Assembly: GCA_963835715.1 (NCBI GenBank)
Contig: CAWIGN010000003.1
Coordinates: 258,219-322,218 of the forward strand
DNA length: 64,000 bases
Direction of reading: 5' to 3'
DNA from: an uncultured Alphaproteobacteria bacterium
Lineage (GTDB): Bacteria > Pseudomonadota > Alphaproteobacteria > Micropepsales > Micropepsaceae
The translations under genes and the position numbers were made by a program. The notes beneath the pieces were generated by a model. The model was not told the DNA's origin and made no database searches. It saw only the letters and a list, made by a program, of their open reading frames with translations. Below, piece by piece: positions 33,385 through 42,952 of the stretch. Position 1 is the first letter of the stretch. Every line of letters starts with the position of its first letter.

Positions 33385-34596
33385 ATGACTAACTATCTGA
33401 AAGCGACGGAGCTTTGTTCCAGCCGGCGGGCCGTTCTGCTGGGCTCAGGCATTGCCGCACTTCAGTTGGCCTCAAACACAGGGGCGGCAGCACAAGGCAC
33501 CGACACAGCCATGGCTGCCGGTGCCGTGGCGATCGCGAGAAGAGTAAGCACGGCCCCGCCACTGCAGCCGCCAGCCTTGTCGATGGCAGTCGCAAACGCG
33601 ACCGGCATCATCTGGAGCAGCGCGCTGGGGCAGGCAGATATTGAGTCAGGCGTGTCCGCCACCAGCGCACACAGTTTCAGGCTTGGTTCGTGCAGCAAAA
33701 TCGTGACTACGGCAGCAGCAGCAAAATTGGTCTCGCGCCACATTTTGGATTTGGACGCGCCGATATCCACTTGGCTGCCGGATTTGCCAGAACCGCATCG
33801 CCAAACCACATTGCGGCAACTCTTCACCCATCGTGGCAGTGTTCGTCACTACGTGCCGAAGGATTTCGATCCACGCTCGCCCGGCGGCGCGATCTACCAG
33901 CGTGCCTATCCCACTAACAAGGACATTTTGGCCATCTTCATCGACGACCCCTTGGTGGCGCCGGTGGGAACGCGCGTCAGTTATTCCAGCTTCGGTTACA
34001 CCTTGGCATCGATGGCGATGGAGGCAGCGGCCAAGCAGTCTTTCGCGCGGTTGATTACGTCAGAGATTGTGGCCAGCTTCGGCCTTCCGAGTCTGGCTGT
34101 GGATGATCCGCTCGCAATCATTCCCTTGCGCGCCAAAGGATACAGCAACACGCTGGACCTGGGCCTGGTGTCGCGGTCTGCTGCCGATTACTGGTACGCG
34201 GGTCGCAAGGACCGCTGGCTTAATATTCCGTATTTCAATCCCGCCTATTGCTTAGCCGGCGGCGGCTATTTGATGACTCCATCCGATACGGCCCGTTTTG
34301 GCGCCGCTCTTCTGGACTCGGCTGGGACAAAAATCACGCGGGACGAGCGGGCACTTCTGTTCACTCCCCTTACGGAGAAGACTGGAGACATGCCGCCCCT
34401 AGGGCTTGGCTGGCGAATCGACTCTGATGGCAAAGGGCGCAAACGTTTCCACCATGCGGGTACTACGCTTGGGGGCCGATCCAGCCTGGTGATTTATCCC
34501 GATCAAGGCCTGTCCATCGCAATCTCCAGCAATATGCTGGCGACACCGGGCAATGTTCTGCAACCGTCATCTGATCTGGCCGACGTTTTCGCGTAA
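33385..34596 (+). CDS. Tat-exported beta-lactamase-family serine hydrolase
   Basis: SRRAVL signal, SCSK, YSS, HAG motifs. Confidence 0.88.
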   Translation: MTNYLKATELCSSRRAVLLGSGIAALQLASNTGAAAQGTDTAMAAGAVAIARRVSTAPPLQPPALSMAVANATGIIWSSALGQADIESGVSATSAHSFRLGSCSKIVTTAAAAKLVSRHILDLDAPISTWLPDLPEPHRQTTLRQLFTHRGSVRHYVPKDFDPRSPGGAIYQRAYPTNKDILAIFIDDPLVAPVGTRVSYSSFGYTLASMAMEAAAKQSFARLITSEIVASFGLPSLAVDDPLAIIPLRAKGYSNTLDLGLVSRSAADYWYAGRKDRWLNIPYFNPAYCLAGGGYLMTPSDTARFGAALLDSAGTKITRDERALLFTPLTEKTGDMPPLGLGWRIDSDGKGRKRFHHAGTTLGGRSSLVIYPDQGLSIAISSNMLATPGNVLQPSSDLADVFA

Positions 34597-34635
34597 GGCG
34601 CCGCGTGCGAAGACGACCCAGGGATTTGCGCATTG

Positions 34636-34817
34636 AATGTCCGCTTTGCGCCAATAGCGGACATTCGAGCCCATCAACGTTGGGAACCGGGCAGCGGCCG
34701 GCATGCGGCGCGCAGCCCAAGCTGCATCCATATCGGCTTTACGCCAAACGAGGACATTCCGAGTCGTTCGCTATGCGGCAGCGCAACGTCGTCACATTCA
34801 CCCCACCAGCGGTCAAT
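34636..34817 (+). repeat. Palindrome copy 4 (34636-34665, perfect arms) plus two decayed copies (34729-34758, 34788-34817)
   Basis: AATGTCCGCT-TTGCGCCAAT-AGCGGACATT; CATATCGGCT-TTACGCCAAA-CGAGGACATT; GTCGTCACAT-TCACCCCACC-AGCGGTCAAT. Confidence 0.8.
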
Positions 34818-35041
34818 AGCTTGGGCCGAGGCGGGAATTCCTCGGACATTGTGGGGATCGCACGCCTGAGGATACTCGCTGTTGCCAGCCTTAACGGCGT
34901 ATGTCTCAATGCCACAAAATAACGCTCTGGGGGCACGTGGCCGACAAAAACAAACAGGTCACTGGCGCGGAGCCGGTGGGCAGAACTATAGCAGGCTTAA
35001 TTGTCCGAATTGGCAACTGGCTAGCGGAGGAACCCATCACT

Positions 35042-37081
35042 ATGCGAGGGGTGCTGGCACCCTTCGTGTTGCTGATCTGCGTCTGCACGGCTTTCCAGGT
35101 GAAACCGGCGGCCGCCCAGCAAGATGTGGAAAGCTATCCGGCGGCCTATTTTGCCCCCAACCAGCCTGCCACCGCCTATCAGATGGTTGGGTTGCTGCCC
35201 GGATTTCATATTCAGCTTGGCGATCCCACCGTGCGCGGCTTTTCCGGCACAGTGGGCAATGTGCTGATTGACGGGCAGCTTCCCACCAGCAAGGCGGAGG
35301 GCGTCGATCTTCTGCTGCAGCGCATCGCGGCATCCTCCGTGGAACGCATTGAGCTGATCCGCGGTGCTGCCGACATGCATGGCTATCCCATCCTCGCCAA
35401 TGTCGTGCGCAACAAAGGCGCGTCGCTGCGGGGGCGTGCCGAACTGGGGGGTGGTGTCACACATTATGGCACTACCGAGGATAAGGCGGCGCTGCACCTG
35501 ACCCGGCAGGGCGCAAATTCGACCATTGAACTGTCCGCAACTTGGGGACGGGATATCGGCTCATTGAACGTGAACGGGTTCGGCACACGCGCGCGCTATC
35601 TTCCCGATGGCACGCCGCTGCAATTGTCGAATTACAGCTATCCCCTGCTCACCAACAGCACCGAAATCAGCGCCTCATACCGCCAGCCCCTGTGGGACGG
35701 TAATCTTAAATTGGGCTTGGCGCTGAAACAGCAGCGCCCTTACTCCAACATCAGCGAGCAGATCTATTTTCCCGCGAATTCCCTGGCGACCGGATATGAA
35801 AGCAGGCTTGCGCGCACCGGCGAAGGCCAGCTCGATTACGGGCGCCCGCTGGGCGATTTTGGCCAGATTCAGCTGTTCGCGGTACACCGCATTACGGAGC
35901 AGGATGAAATCAGCCAGACTGCCAGTGTGGCAGGCAAAAACGTATCACGCGGCCTGTTCAACCAACGCGAAGACGTCGTGCGCCTGGCATGGCAGTCGCA
36001 AGGCGCGCTGAAGCTGGATGCGGGCGTAGAAGGCTCGATCAATGTGCTATCCAGCCATAGCACGCTGACACTGGGCGGCGCGCCGGTGATCCTGCCTGCC
36101 GCCAATATCAGGCTGCAAGAAAAGCGCGTCGAGTTTTTCTCGACCGCCAATTGGCGCTTCAGCCCCGTGCTGATGTCGGAGTTGGGCGCGCGCTACGAAA
36201 CTTCGACCCTGATACAGAGCGGCGACAGCAGCCTTACCAAGGACCTGGCCTTTTTCAAGCCGCGCTGGCTGACGACATGGAATCCCATGCCGGACAACGA
36301 AATTCGCCTGCTGATGGAGCGCCAAGTCGGGCAACTGGTATTCCGCAACTTTGCAAGTTCGACTTTGCTAAACGGCAATACCATCAACGGCGGCAACCAG
36401 AATCTCGAGCCGGCGCGTAGCTGGAATATCTCTCTGGCGTGGGAAAGGCATTTCTGGACGCGAGGCTCGCTGGTTATAGAAGCGAAGCGCGAATTCATCT
36501 CCAAAGTTGTGGATTACGTGCCCGTATACGCTGGGACGCAGGTATTCAACGCAGTGGGCAATATCGGCAACGGTGTCCGCGACGGGGTTTCGACCAACTT
36601 GATCCTGCCCCTTGACAATCTGGGACTGGAGGGGCTGACCGTGACGGGCGAAGCCGTCTGGCATCACAGCCGCGTGCGCGACCCCGCCACCGGCATGTCC
36701 CGGCAGATTGTCGGGGGCCAGACCGTCAGCGGCAATCAGTTCATCGCCGAGACAAGAAACGAAATTACCTACGATATGCCGGAGAATAATCTGCAGTTGG
36801 GAATGGATTTTCACATGCATTTCCTCGGCCACGAAACCGCCTACCGGATCGACGAATTCGACCCCAATTACCACGACTTCAAGTTGGACATCTTTGCTGA
36901 ATACAAACCCACGCCGGACTGGACGGTGCGTGTGTTTGACCGGGACATAGGCCAAACTGCCGCCCACCGGAACCGCTACGTATATTCAGGCCTGCGCGGT
37001 AGTGCCCCATTGAGCTATGTCGAGTACCGCAGCCTAAGCAATGGCGCGGTGATGGGGTTGGACCTCCAGTATGACTTCTAG
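35042..37081 (+). CDS. TonB-dependent receptor
   Basis: Signal peptide, plug (NVLIDG, VERIELIRG), GNQNLEP, C-terminal YDF. Confidence 0.9.
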   Translation: MRGVLAPFVLLICVCTAFQVKPAAAQQDVESYPAAYFAPNQPATAYQMVGLLPGFHIQLGDPTVRGFSGTVGNVLIDGQLPTSKAEGVDLLLQRIAASSVERIELIRGAADMHGYPILANVVRNKGASLRGRAELGGGVTHYGTTEDKAALHLTRQGANSTIELSATWGRDIGSLNVNGFGTRARYLPDGTPLQLSNYSYPLLTNSTEISASYRQPLWDGNLKLGLALKQQRPYSNISEQIYFPANSLATGYESRLARTGEGQLDYGRPLGDFGQIQLFAVHRITEQDEISQTASVAGKNVSRGLFNQREDVVRLAWQSQGALKLDAGVEGSINVLSSHSTLTLGGAPVILPAANIRLQEKRVEFFSTANWRFSPVLMSELGARYETSTLIQSGDSSLTKDLAFFKPRWLTTWNPMPDNEIRLLMERQVGQLVFRNFASSTLLNGNTINGGNQNLEPARSWNISLAWERHFWTRGSLVIEAKREFISKVVDYVPVYAGTQVFNAVGNIGNGVRDGVSTNLILPLDNLGLEGLTVTGEAVWHHSRVRDPATGMSRQIVGGQTVSGNQFIAETRNEITYDMPENNLQLGMDFHMHFLGHETAYRIDEFDPNYHDFKLDIFAEYKPTPDWTVRVFDRDIGQTAAHRNRYVYSGLRGSAPLSYVEYRSLSNGAVMGLDLQYDF

Positions 37082-37197
37082 GATGGACTGTAACGTCGGG
37101 CCGCCGATCATTGCGCCAAATCAAATCCGTACCATGCCTAACCACTTATCCTCTTTCGTTAGCAATAGTTTTCGATTTTCAAGAAAGTCGTGCGCCG

Positions 37198-37803
37198 ATG
37201 AATAAGCGACTTTGTGGCGCCTTGGCGGCGGGTTCCTTGTTTGCATTAATCCAGGTGCATGCGGACGCGTCGGCGGCGGCACAACTGGACGCTTCGTCAC
37301 CATCGGTCCAGCGCTGCGAAGCATGTCATGGCGTGCGCGGTGAAAGTAAAAAGACATACGTCCCGCGGCTGAATGGCCAGAAAAGAGAATACCTTATTAG
37401 CCGATTCAGGAGTTTTCGCGATCCTTCCCGCGACAGGGATCATGCCAGTCTGATGACGCGCTACGCTCCCATTAGCGAAGATGACGCTGATGACTTAGCG
37501 CAGTATTTCAGCCGGCAAACGCCAACGCCACGAACTGGTTTTGGTGCCCAGTCCGATGCCGGCGCCGAGATTTTCCTGCATGGCGCAAAGCCAGCTATTC
37601 CCCCCTGCGCGACATGCCATGGTCCCTATGGCGATGGATTAGGCGGCATGCCGCGCATCGCCGGCCAGCATAGCGCGTATCTCATGCAGCAGCTTGAAGC
37701 GTTCAAATCGGGCGCGCGCGCCGGGACGGCGATGAACCGCCACACCTGGGACATGACGCTGGAGCAGATGCAGAAGCTGTCCGCATATCTTGCCAACAAT
37801 TGA
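37198..37803 (+). CDS. Diheme cytochrome c4-like protein
   Basis: Signal peptide; CEACH and CATCH; PRLNGQ/PRIAGQ. Confidence 0.9.
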   Translation: MNKRLCGALAAGSLFALIQVHADASAAAQLDASSPSVQRCEACHGVRGESKKTYVPRLNGQKREYLISRFRSFRDPSRDRDHASLMTRYAPISEDDADDLAQYFSRQTPTPRTGFGAQSDAGAEIFLHGAKPAIPPCATCHGPYGDGLGGMPRIAGQHSAYLMQQLEAFKSGARAGTAMNRHTWDMTLEQMQKLSAYLANN

Positions 37804-38071
37804 CGGGCGCGTTCATTTACCGATTTGGCGTGACGGATATTATGAGTCAGCGCAATCGAGAGGCCATCGTACTGACGCTGGACCTGAATGTGGGCGGCAA
37901 GGATCCGTTGGCAAGGCAGATAGAGGACAAAATCCGAGACTTAAGGTGCCTGTTCGTCTCGTGCTCGCGAGCCAGGACATAACCAACCCATTGAAATCCC
38001 GGCACGCCCATCACGCCCCGCACGGCCCAGGAAACCGTCGCGCGAAAAGCACCAGCCGGGCCAGCCCGCGT

Positions 38072-39679
38072 TCAATGATCGAGCAGGGTGGCGAGATCGG
38101 CGACATTGTCCTTGGCGGCGGTCGGGTAGAAAGCGGGCTGCGAGCGCGAATCCTTGTCCTCCGGCGCAATGCCGGTGGTGTTGATGTACCAGTTGAGCAG
38201 GCGCTGCTGGAGCGCGCCCTGCTGCGCCGATACCGATGCCTGGCCATAAAGGTTGTGCACCTGCTGCGGATCGCGGCCGCAATCATACAATTCGCTTCGC
38301 CCGTTGGGGCGCGAGATTAGTTTGTGGGTGCGCGTGCGCACCGAGGCCGCGCGCGAGATCGTCTGCGGCCGCTCATTCTGCAGCCGGAGCTTGGGCGTGT
38401 AGATTCCGCTGACATAGCCGACCGGCTCGAAGCATTGCGGCTCATAGACATTGTAGCCGCCCTCGGCAAAAGCCGCGCGGTCCGGATCGCCCGGTTTGCC
38501 CAGGAGCTGCGGAACCAGGCTGCGCGCGAAGTGGGTGTGGCTGGCCTGGGTCCCCGCGAGTTCCAGGCAGGTCGCCATCACATCGTAAAGCTCGACCATC
38601 CCCGAAGACGCCGGCGTCGCGGCAAAACCGGGCACCCGCGCGATCAGCGGCACATGGGTCAGGGCATCTTCCAGCCCGCTCGGCCACTTCTCGACCAGGC
38701 CGTAATCGCCGGCATAATCGCCATGGTCCGATAGCACGAAGAGGGCGGTGTCCCGGTCACGGCCGGTCTTCTCCATGGCTTCCATCAACTGGCCCAGAAG
38801 CCAGTCCGAATAGCTCACCTGCCCGTAATAGACCGCCCGGATCTTGCGGAAGGTCGCGTCGGGCAAGGATCCCAGGTTGTAATATTCGCGCATGCCGGCG
38901 TGGAAGCTCGGCTTGCCGGCGGACCCCGCGGGGGCAAGCGCGGGAATGTCGGCGGGCTTGTAAAGATCATAGAATTCTCTTGCCGCCGTATAGGGTGGGT
39001 GCGGCTCGCTCATGGCCAGAAAGATGCAATAGGGCCGGCCGGTCTGGCGCCGCGAAAGCAGGTCGATCGCCGACTGGACCAGGCCATAATCGTTTGTCCC
39101 GTCGCGGGTGCCGGCCGGCGGAAACAGAAACGAAAACGTGCCGGGCGTCACGCCATAGGCGTCGGCGGCGCCGGGGGCATTGCGTGTTGCCCTGCCCTTG
39201 CCCAGCTCGGTCCAGCTTGTGACGCTGTCAGGAAAGGCGGCCGCCGACAGCGCATCATTCTTGCCAAGCCAGAAGACATCATAGCCGGCAAGCCGCAGAT
39301 AGCGGAACAGGTTGGGTTCTTCCGGCCGCAGGAAATAGAACAGGCTGCGATGCCCGCGCACGCTGGCGGGCCAACCCGTCAGCAGGCTGCAGCGTGAGGC
39401 GCCGCAAACCGAAAACTGCACATGGCAATTCTCGAAACGCGTTCCCTGCGCCGCCAGCCGGTCGAAATTCGGTGTGGACGTGACGGGGTTGCCGTAGCAG
39501 GCCAGCGCATCGGCCCGCAATTCGTCGGGCATGAACAGGACGATATTCGGCCGTGGCGCCGAGGGTGAAAAAAGTGGCGATTTCTCCGTCTGCGCCCCGG
39601 CGTCCGATGCGGCCATGGAGGTCAGCGCCGCCGCGCCGCCCAGTCCCAGAATGTCGCGCCGCATGAACTGTCCGGTCAT
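38072..39679 (-). CDS. Tat-exported sulfatase
   Basis: MRRDIL signal, PNIVLFMPDELR, CGASRCSLLTG, PHPP, SDHG. Confidence 0.9.
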   Translation of the reverse strand: MTGQFMRRDILGLGGAAALTSMAASDAGAQTEKSPLFSPSAPRPNIVLFMPDELRADALACYGNPVTSTPNFDRLAAQGTRFENCHVQFSVCGASRCSLLTGWPASVRGHRSLFYFLRPEEPNLFRYLRLAGYDVFWLGKNDALSAAAFPDSVTSWTELGKGRATRNAPGAADAYGVTPGTFSFLFPPAGTRDGTNDYGLVQSAIDLLSRRQTGRPYCIFLAMSEPHPPYTAAREFYDLYKPADIPALAPAGSAGKPSFHAGMREYYNLGSLPDATFRKIRAVYYGQVSYSDWLLGQLMEAMEKTGRDRDTALFVLSDHGDYAGDYGLVEKWPSGLEDALTHVPLIARVPGFAATPASSGMVELYDVMATCLELAGTQASHTHFARSLVPQLLGKPGDPDRAAFAEGGYNVYEPQCFEPVGYVSGIYTPKLRLQNERPQTISRAASVRTRTHKLISRPNGRSELYDCGRDPQQVHNLYGQASVSAQQGALQQRLLNWYINTTGIAPEDKDSRSQPAFYPTAAKDNVADLATLLDH

Positions 39680-39821
39680 GAATCATCTCTCATCTCAGCG
39701 CCCCGCTTGAATTTGTGCATATAACCCGCGCCATTCAAAGCCGGCGTCCGCAGCTTGGCGGCCCGCCGGCTGGACTTTGGCGGCGCGCTGGGCAAAACTT
39801 TGGCAAAAATAACCGGGAGGT

Positions 39822-41000
39822 ATGATGACTATGTTCCGCACGGGGCTTCACCTTGCCAGGCCCGCCTTGGCCATCCTGGTTACGATCGCGCTGCCGTCCG
39901 GCGCGGCCTGGGCCGAACTGGCGGTGTCCGCCAATGACGGCAAGCAGTTGCAGAAGGGCGATCCCACCCCCGTGACGCCCGACAGCGTCAGCGTGATCGA
40001 CATGGGCCATTATCCGCCGACCGTGATCGGCAGTGTACACGCCCCTGCCTCCATGATCGGTTCGCCCAACGCGGTCGCGGTCAGCAGGGACGAACGCTTT
40101 GCCATCGTCACCGCGTCGCAGAAATACGATCCCGCCGATCCCATGCATCCGGCGGCGGACGACAAGGTGTCGGTGATAGACCTCACCCATCCCGCCCAGC
40201 CCAAGCTGATCCAGACCGTGTCGGCGGGCGCGAACGCCAGCGGGGTTTCGATCAATCGCGCCGGCACCTTGGTCCTGGTCGCGGCAAAGGGCGATGACGC
40301 CATCTATGCCTTCCGGCTTGCCGGCAACCGGCTGAGCCCGGCCGGGCACCTGACGCTGGACAAGGGCGCCGCGCCGACGGATGTCGCCTTCGCGCCTGAC
40401 GGCCGCCATGCCTATGTGGTGGCGCAGGGCCTCAACAAGATCGAGGAACTGGCGGTGGAGGGCGATCACCTGACGCCCACTGGCAAGGATGTCGCGACGG
40501 GGCGCTCGCCCTATGGCGCGGTGGTGACATCCGACGGAAACTGGCTGCTCAATACCAACCTCGGCGGCGCGCTCGAAGGCGGCGGCACCGGGACCATCAC
40601 GATGGTGGACCTGAAGGCGCACCGGCTGGCGGCGTCGGCGGCAGTGGGGCGTACGCCCGAGCATCTGGCGCTGTCGCCCGACGGCAAGTATGTGGCGGTG
40701 GTGGTGGCCAACGGATCGGCCAATGTAAAGACCGCCCCCAACTACGACACCGTGCGCGGCATCCTGCGGGTTTTTGCGGTGGGACCGGGCACCCTGAGCG
40801 AAGTGGCCCATACTGACAGCGGCCACTGGTGCCAGGGCGCGGCCTGGAGCGCGGACAGCCACATGATCCTGGCGCAATGCGCCGCCGAGCGGCAGATTTT
40901 GGTCTACCGCTTCGACGGCCATGCCCTGACGGAAGACAAGGCGGCAGCCCTGAGCATTGAATCCCGCCCCGGTTCCATCGCCACGAAGAACAGCCGGTAA
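39822..41000 (+). CDS. Secreted YncE/lactonase-like beta-propeller
   Basis: Signal peptide; repeated P.xVAxxPDG blades. Confidence 0.8.
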   Translation: MMTMFRTGLHLARPALAILVTIALPSGAAWAELAVSANDGKQLQKGDPTPVTPDSVSVIDMGHYPPTVIGSVHAPASMIGSPNAVAVSRDERFAIVTASQKYDPADPMHPAADDKVSVIDLTHPAQPKLIQTVSAGANASGVSINRAGTLVLVAAKGDDAIYAFRLAGNRLSPAGHLTLDKGAAPTDVAFAPDGRHAYVVAQGLNKIEELAVEGDHLTPTGKDVATGRSPYGAVVTSDGNWLLNTNLGGALEGGGTGTITMVDLKAHRLAASAAVGRTPEHLALSPDGKYVAVVVANGSANVKTAPNYDTVRGILRVFAVGPGTLSEVAHTDSGHWCQGAAWSADSHMILAQCAAERQILVYRFDGHALTEDKAAALSIESRPGSIATKNSR

Positions 41001-41108
41001 GCGCCGCCCGCGGGTAACGCCTTCGTTCGCGCGCCGCGATCGGATGGTTCTTGTTTTCGCGGCCGGGGCCACTTTCGGCGCGAGCCCAGCCTGAAATAAA
41101 ATGGGCAC

Positions 41109-42362
41109 ATGCAACCAGACGCGCCGCAGCTATTGGGATTTGCGACACAGGCGCTGGCGGCCGGCAAGCTTGCCGCCGCCGAGATCGCCTGCCGCAACCT
41201 GCTCGACCTGGAGCCGCGCAATGCCGCGGCGCTGCATCTTCTGGGCTATATCGCCGCCCAGGCCGGCGCGCGCGATGCGGCAATCGCCTATTTTCAGGCG
41301 GCGCTGGACATCGAGCCGGACAATGGCCGCATCCGCGAGAACCTGCGCGCGGCCCAAAGCCTGCCGCAGCCGGTATGGCCGCGGCACGAGCGCTACCTAT
41401 TGATCAAGGGCTGGGGCTTCGGGTTCTGGGCCGATACGGTGCAGGTACTGGGCTCGCTGCTGCTGGCCGAGGCCACCGGCCGCGTGCCGGTGACCTATTG
41501 GGGCCCCAATAGCCTGTTTAGCGACAAGTCGGATCAGGACGCGTTTGTGCACTATTTCGAGCCGGTCGGCGATGTCTCGCTCTTGCAGCTCGCGCAAATC
41601 AAGGATGCCAGCTACTTTCCGCCGCGCTGGAACGCCGGCAACCTGAGGCGCACGGGCCGATCCAAATGGGAGGGCAAGGGCTCACGCGCCGGCGCGGTTT
41701 ATTTTCTCAACCGCCCGGAGACCATCGCAGTGAGCGATTTTCATATCGGGGTCGTCAATGTCATGCCGTGGCTTACCGCCGGTCATCCCATGCACGGCAA
41801 AACGCTGGAGGAAATCTACCGCTACCTGGCGGCCAAATATCTGCGGCCGCGCACGGACATCCTGGCGGCCTGCGACGCCTTCTTCGAGGCGCATCTGGCG
41901 GGGGCGCCCTTTGTGGCGGTGCATATGCGCGGTTCCGACAAGTCGCGGGAGGAGCCCGATCTGGATGCCGCAAATCAGGCCATTCTTGCCGCGCTGGAAA
42001 CGATGGAACCGTCCTGGCGAATCTTCCTGATGACCGACGACGCGCGATGTCTGGCGCGAATGCAGCAGGCCTTTGGCGCGCGGCTCGTCGCCACCGATTG
42101 CCAGCGCACCGCTACTGCGGACGGCGTACACAACCTGCCGTCGGTGGACCCGGTGCGGGCGGGGCGGGAGGTCATGATCGACACCTATCTGGCCATGCGC
42201 GCGCAGCGCTTCATCGGCAACGGCCGCTCCAATGTTTCCGCCGTAATCGCAGTCTTGAAAGACTGGGAACCCGGCGCCTGCACCCTGATCGGCGCCTCGC
42301 AGCTGAGCGATCGCAATCTCCACCTTTATCGGATGCCGATCTATGCTAGGGACGGATCGTAA
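41109..42362 (+). CDS. TPR protein fused to NodZ/FUT8-like fucosyltransferase domain
   Basis: N-terminal TPRs; VHMRGSDK, IFLMTDD, DTYLAMRAQRFIGNGRSNVS match fucosyltransferase motifs I-III. Confidence 0.7.
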   Translation: MQPDAPQLLGFATQALAAGKLAAAEIACRNLLDLEPRNAAALHLLGYIAAQAGARDAAIAYFQAALDIEPDNGRIRENLRAAQSLPQPVWPRHERYLLIKGWGFGFWADTVQVLGSLLLAEATGRVPVTYWGPNSLFSDKSDQDAFVHYFEPVGDVSLLQLAQIKDASYFPPRWNAGNLRRTGRSKWEGKGSRAGAVYFLNRPETIAVSDFHIGVVNVMPWLTAGHPMHGKTLEEIYRYLAAKYLRPRTDILAACDAFFEAHLAGAPFVAVHMRGSDKSREEPDLDAANQAILAALETMEPSWRIFLMTDDARCLARMQQAFGARLVATDCQRTATADGVHNLPSVDPVRAGREVMIDTYLAMRAQRFIGNGRSNVSAVIAVLKDWEPGACTLIGASQLSDRNLHLYRMPIYARDGS

Positions 42363-42897
42363 GCGCCGCGCCAGCCTCGCGGCCGTTGCTCCAGACCGAA
42401 AAGGGATTCTCGCTCACCGTCTGCCCCGGCAGGGGCGCGGAAACAGAAACCACCGTCACATCCAGCAGCAGGGTCTGATTGGGCGGAATCGCGCCGTTCA
42501 TCGCACCACGGCTGCCGAAGGCCAGATTGGCCGGGATCGTCAACTGCCAGTGATCCCCGGCATGCATCAGCGACAGCGCCTCGGCCAGGCCGGCCATGGC
42601 CACACTGCCCATCGCCAGGGTGGCCGGCAGCACCGGCGTGGTGCTGTCCACCAAGGTTCCGTCGATCAGCCGAATGCCATAGGCCAGCCGCACGATATCG
42701 CTCCTGCCGGGCCGGCTGCCGGTGCCGTTGCGCACAATGCGATATTGCAGGCCGCTGGGACGGGTGAGGACGCCCGGCTTGTGGGCATTGGCGGCCAGGA
42801 AGGCAGCATTGGCCGCAGGCCCAAGCGCATCCTCCGCCGCCATGGCGGCGGGTGCGAGCAGCAATGCGCACAGCATCATGGCACATGCCCGTTTCAT
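42346..42897 (-). CDS. FKBP-type peptidyl-prolyl isomerase (exported)
   Basis: PSGLQY, GLAEALSLM, IPANLAFG, IPPNQTL. Confidence 0.9.
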   Translation of the reverse strand: MKRACAMMLCALLLAPAAMAAEDALGPAANAAFLAANAHKPGVLTRPSGLQYRIVRNGTGSRPGRSDIVRLAYGIRLIDGTLVDSTTPVLPATLAMGSVAMAGLAEALSLMHAGDHWQLTIPANLAFGSRGAMNGAIPPNQTLLLDVTVVSVSAPLPGQTVSENPFSVWSNGREAGAALTIRP

Positions 42898-42952
42898 GGC
42901 GTCGGCATTCCCGGAGCGACACGCACCGGTGCCAGCGGCGCGATCATGCGCG

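Larger units (their letters stand above)
29240..38013. mobile_element. Degenerate tRNA-Val-anchored genomic island without integrase
   Basis: Begins at tRNA 3' end; atypical codon usage, IS and gene remnants; ends with 17/23 match to tRNA 3' end at 37991-38013. Confidence 0.65.

Noticed and set aside
29457-34817. CRISPR array or classical integron
   Set aside because: Repeats are kilobases apart, there are no cas or intI genes, and they lack attC RYYYAAC/GTTRRRY ends.
37842-37982. Short ORF MSQRNREAIVLTLDL... at island end
   Set aside because: No SD or family signal; cannot be supported.
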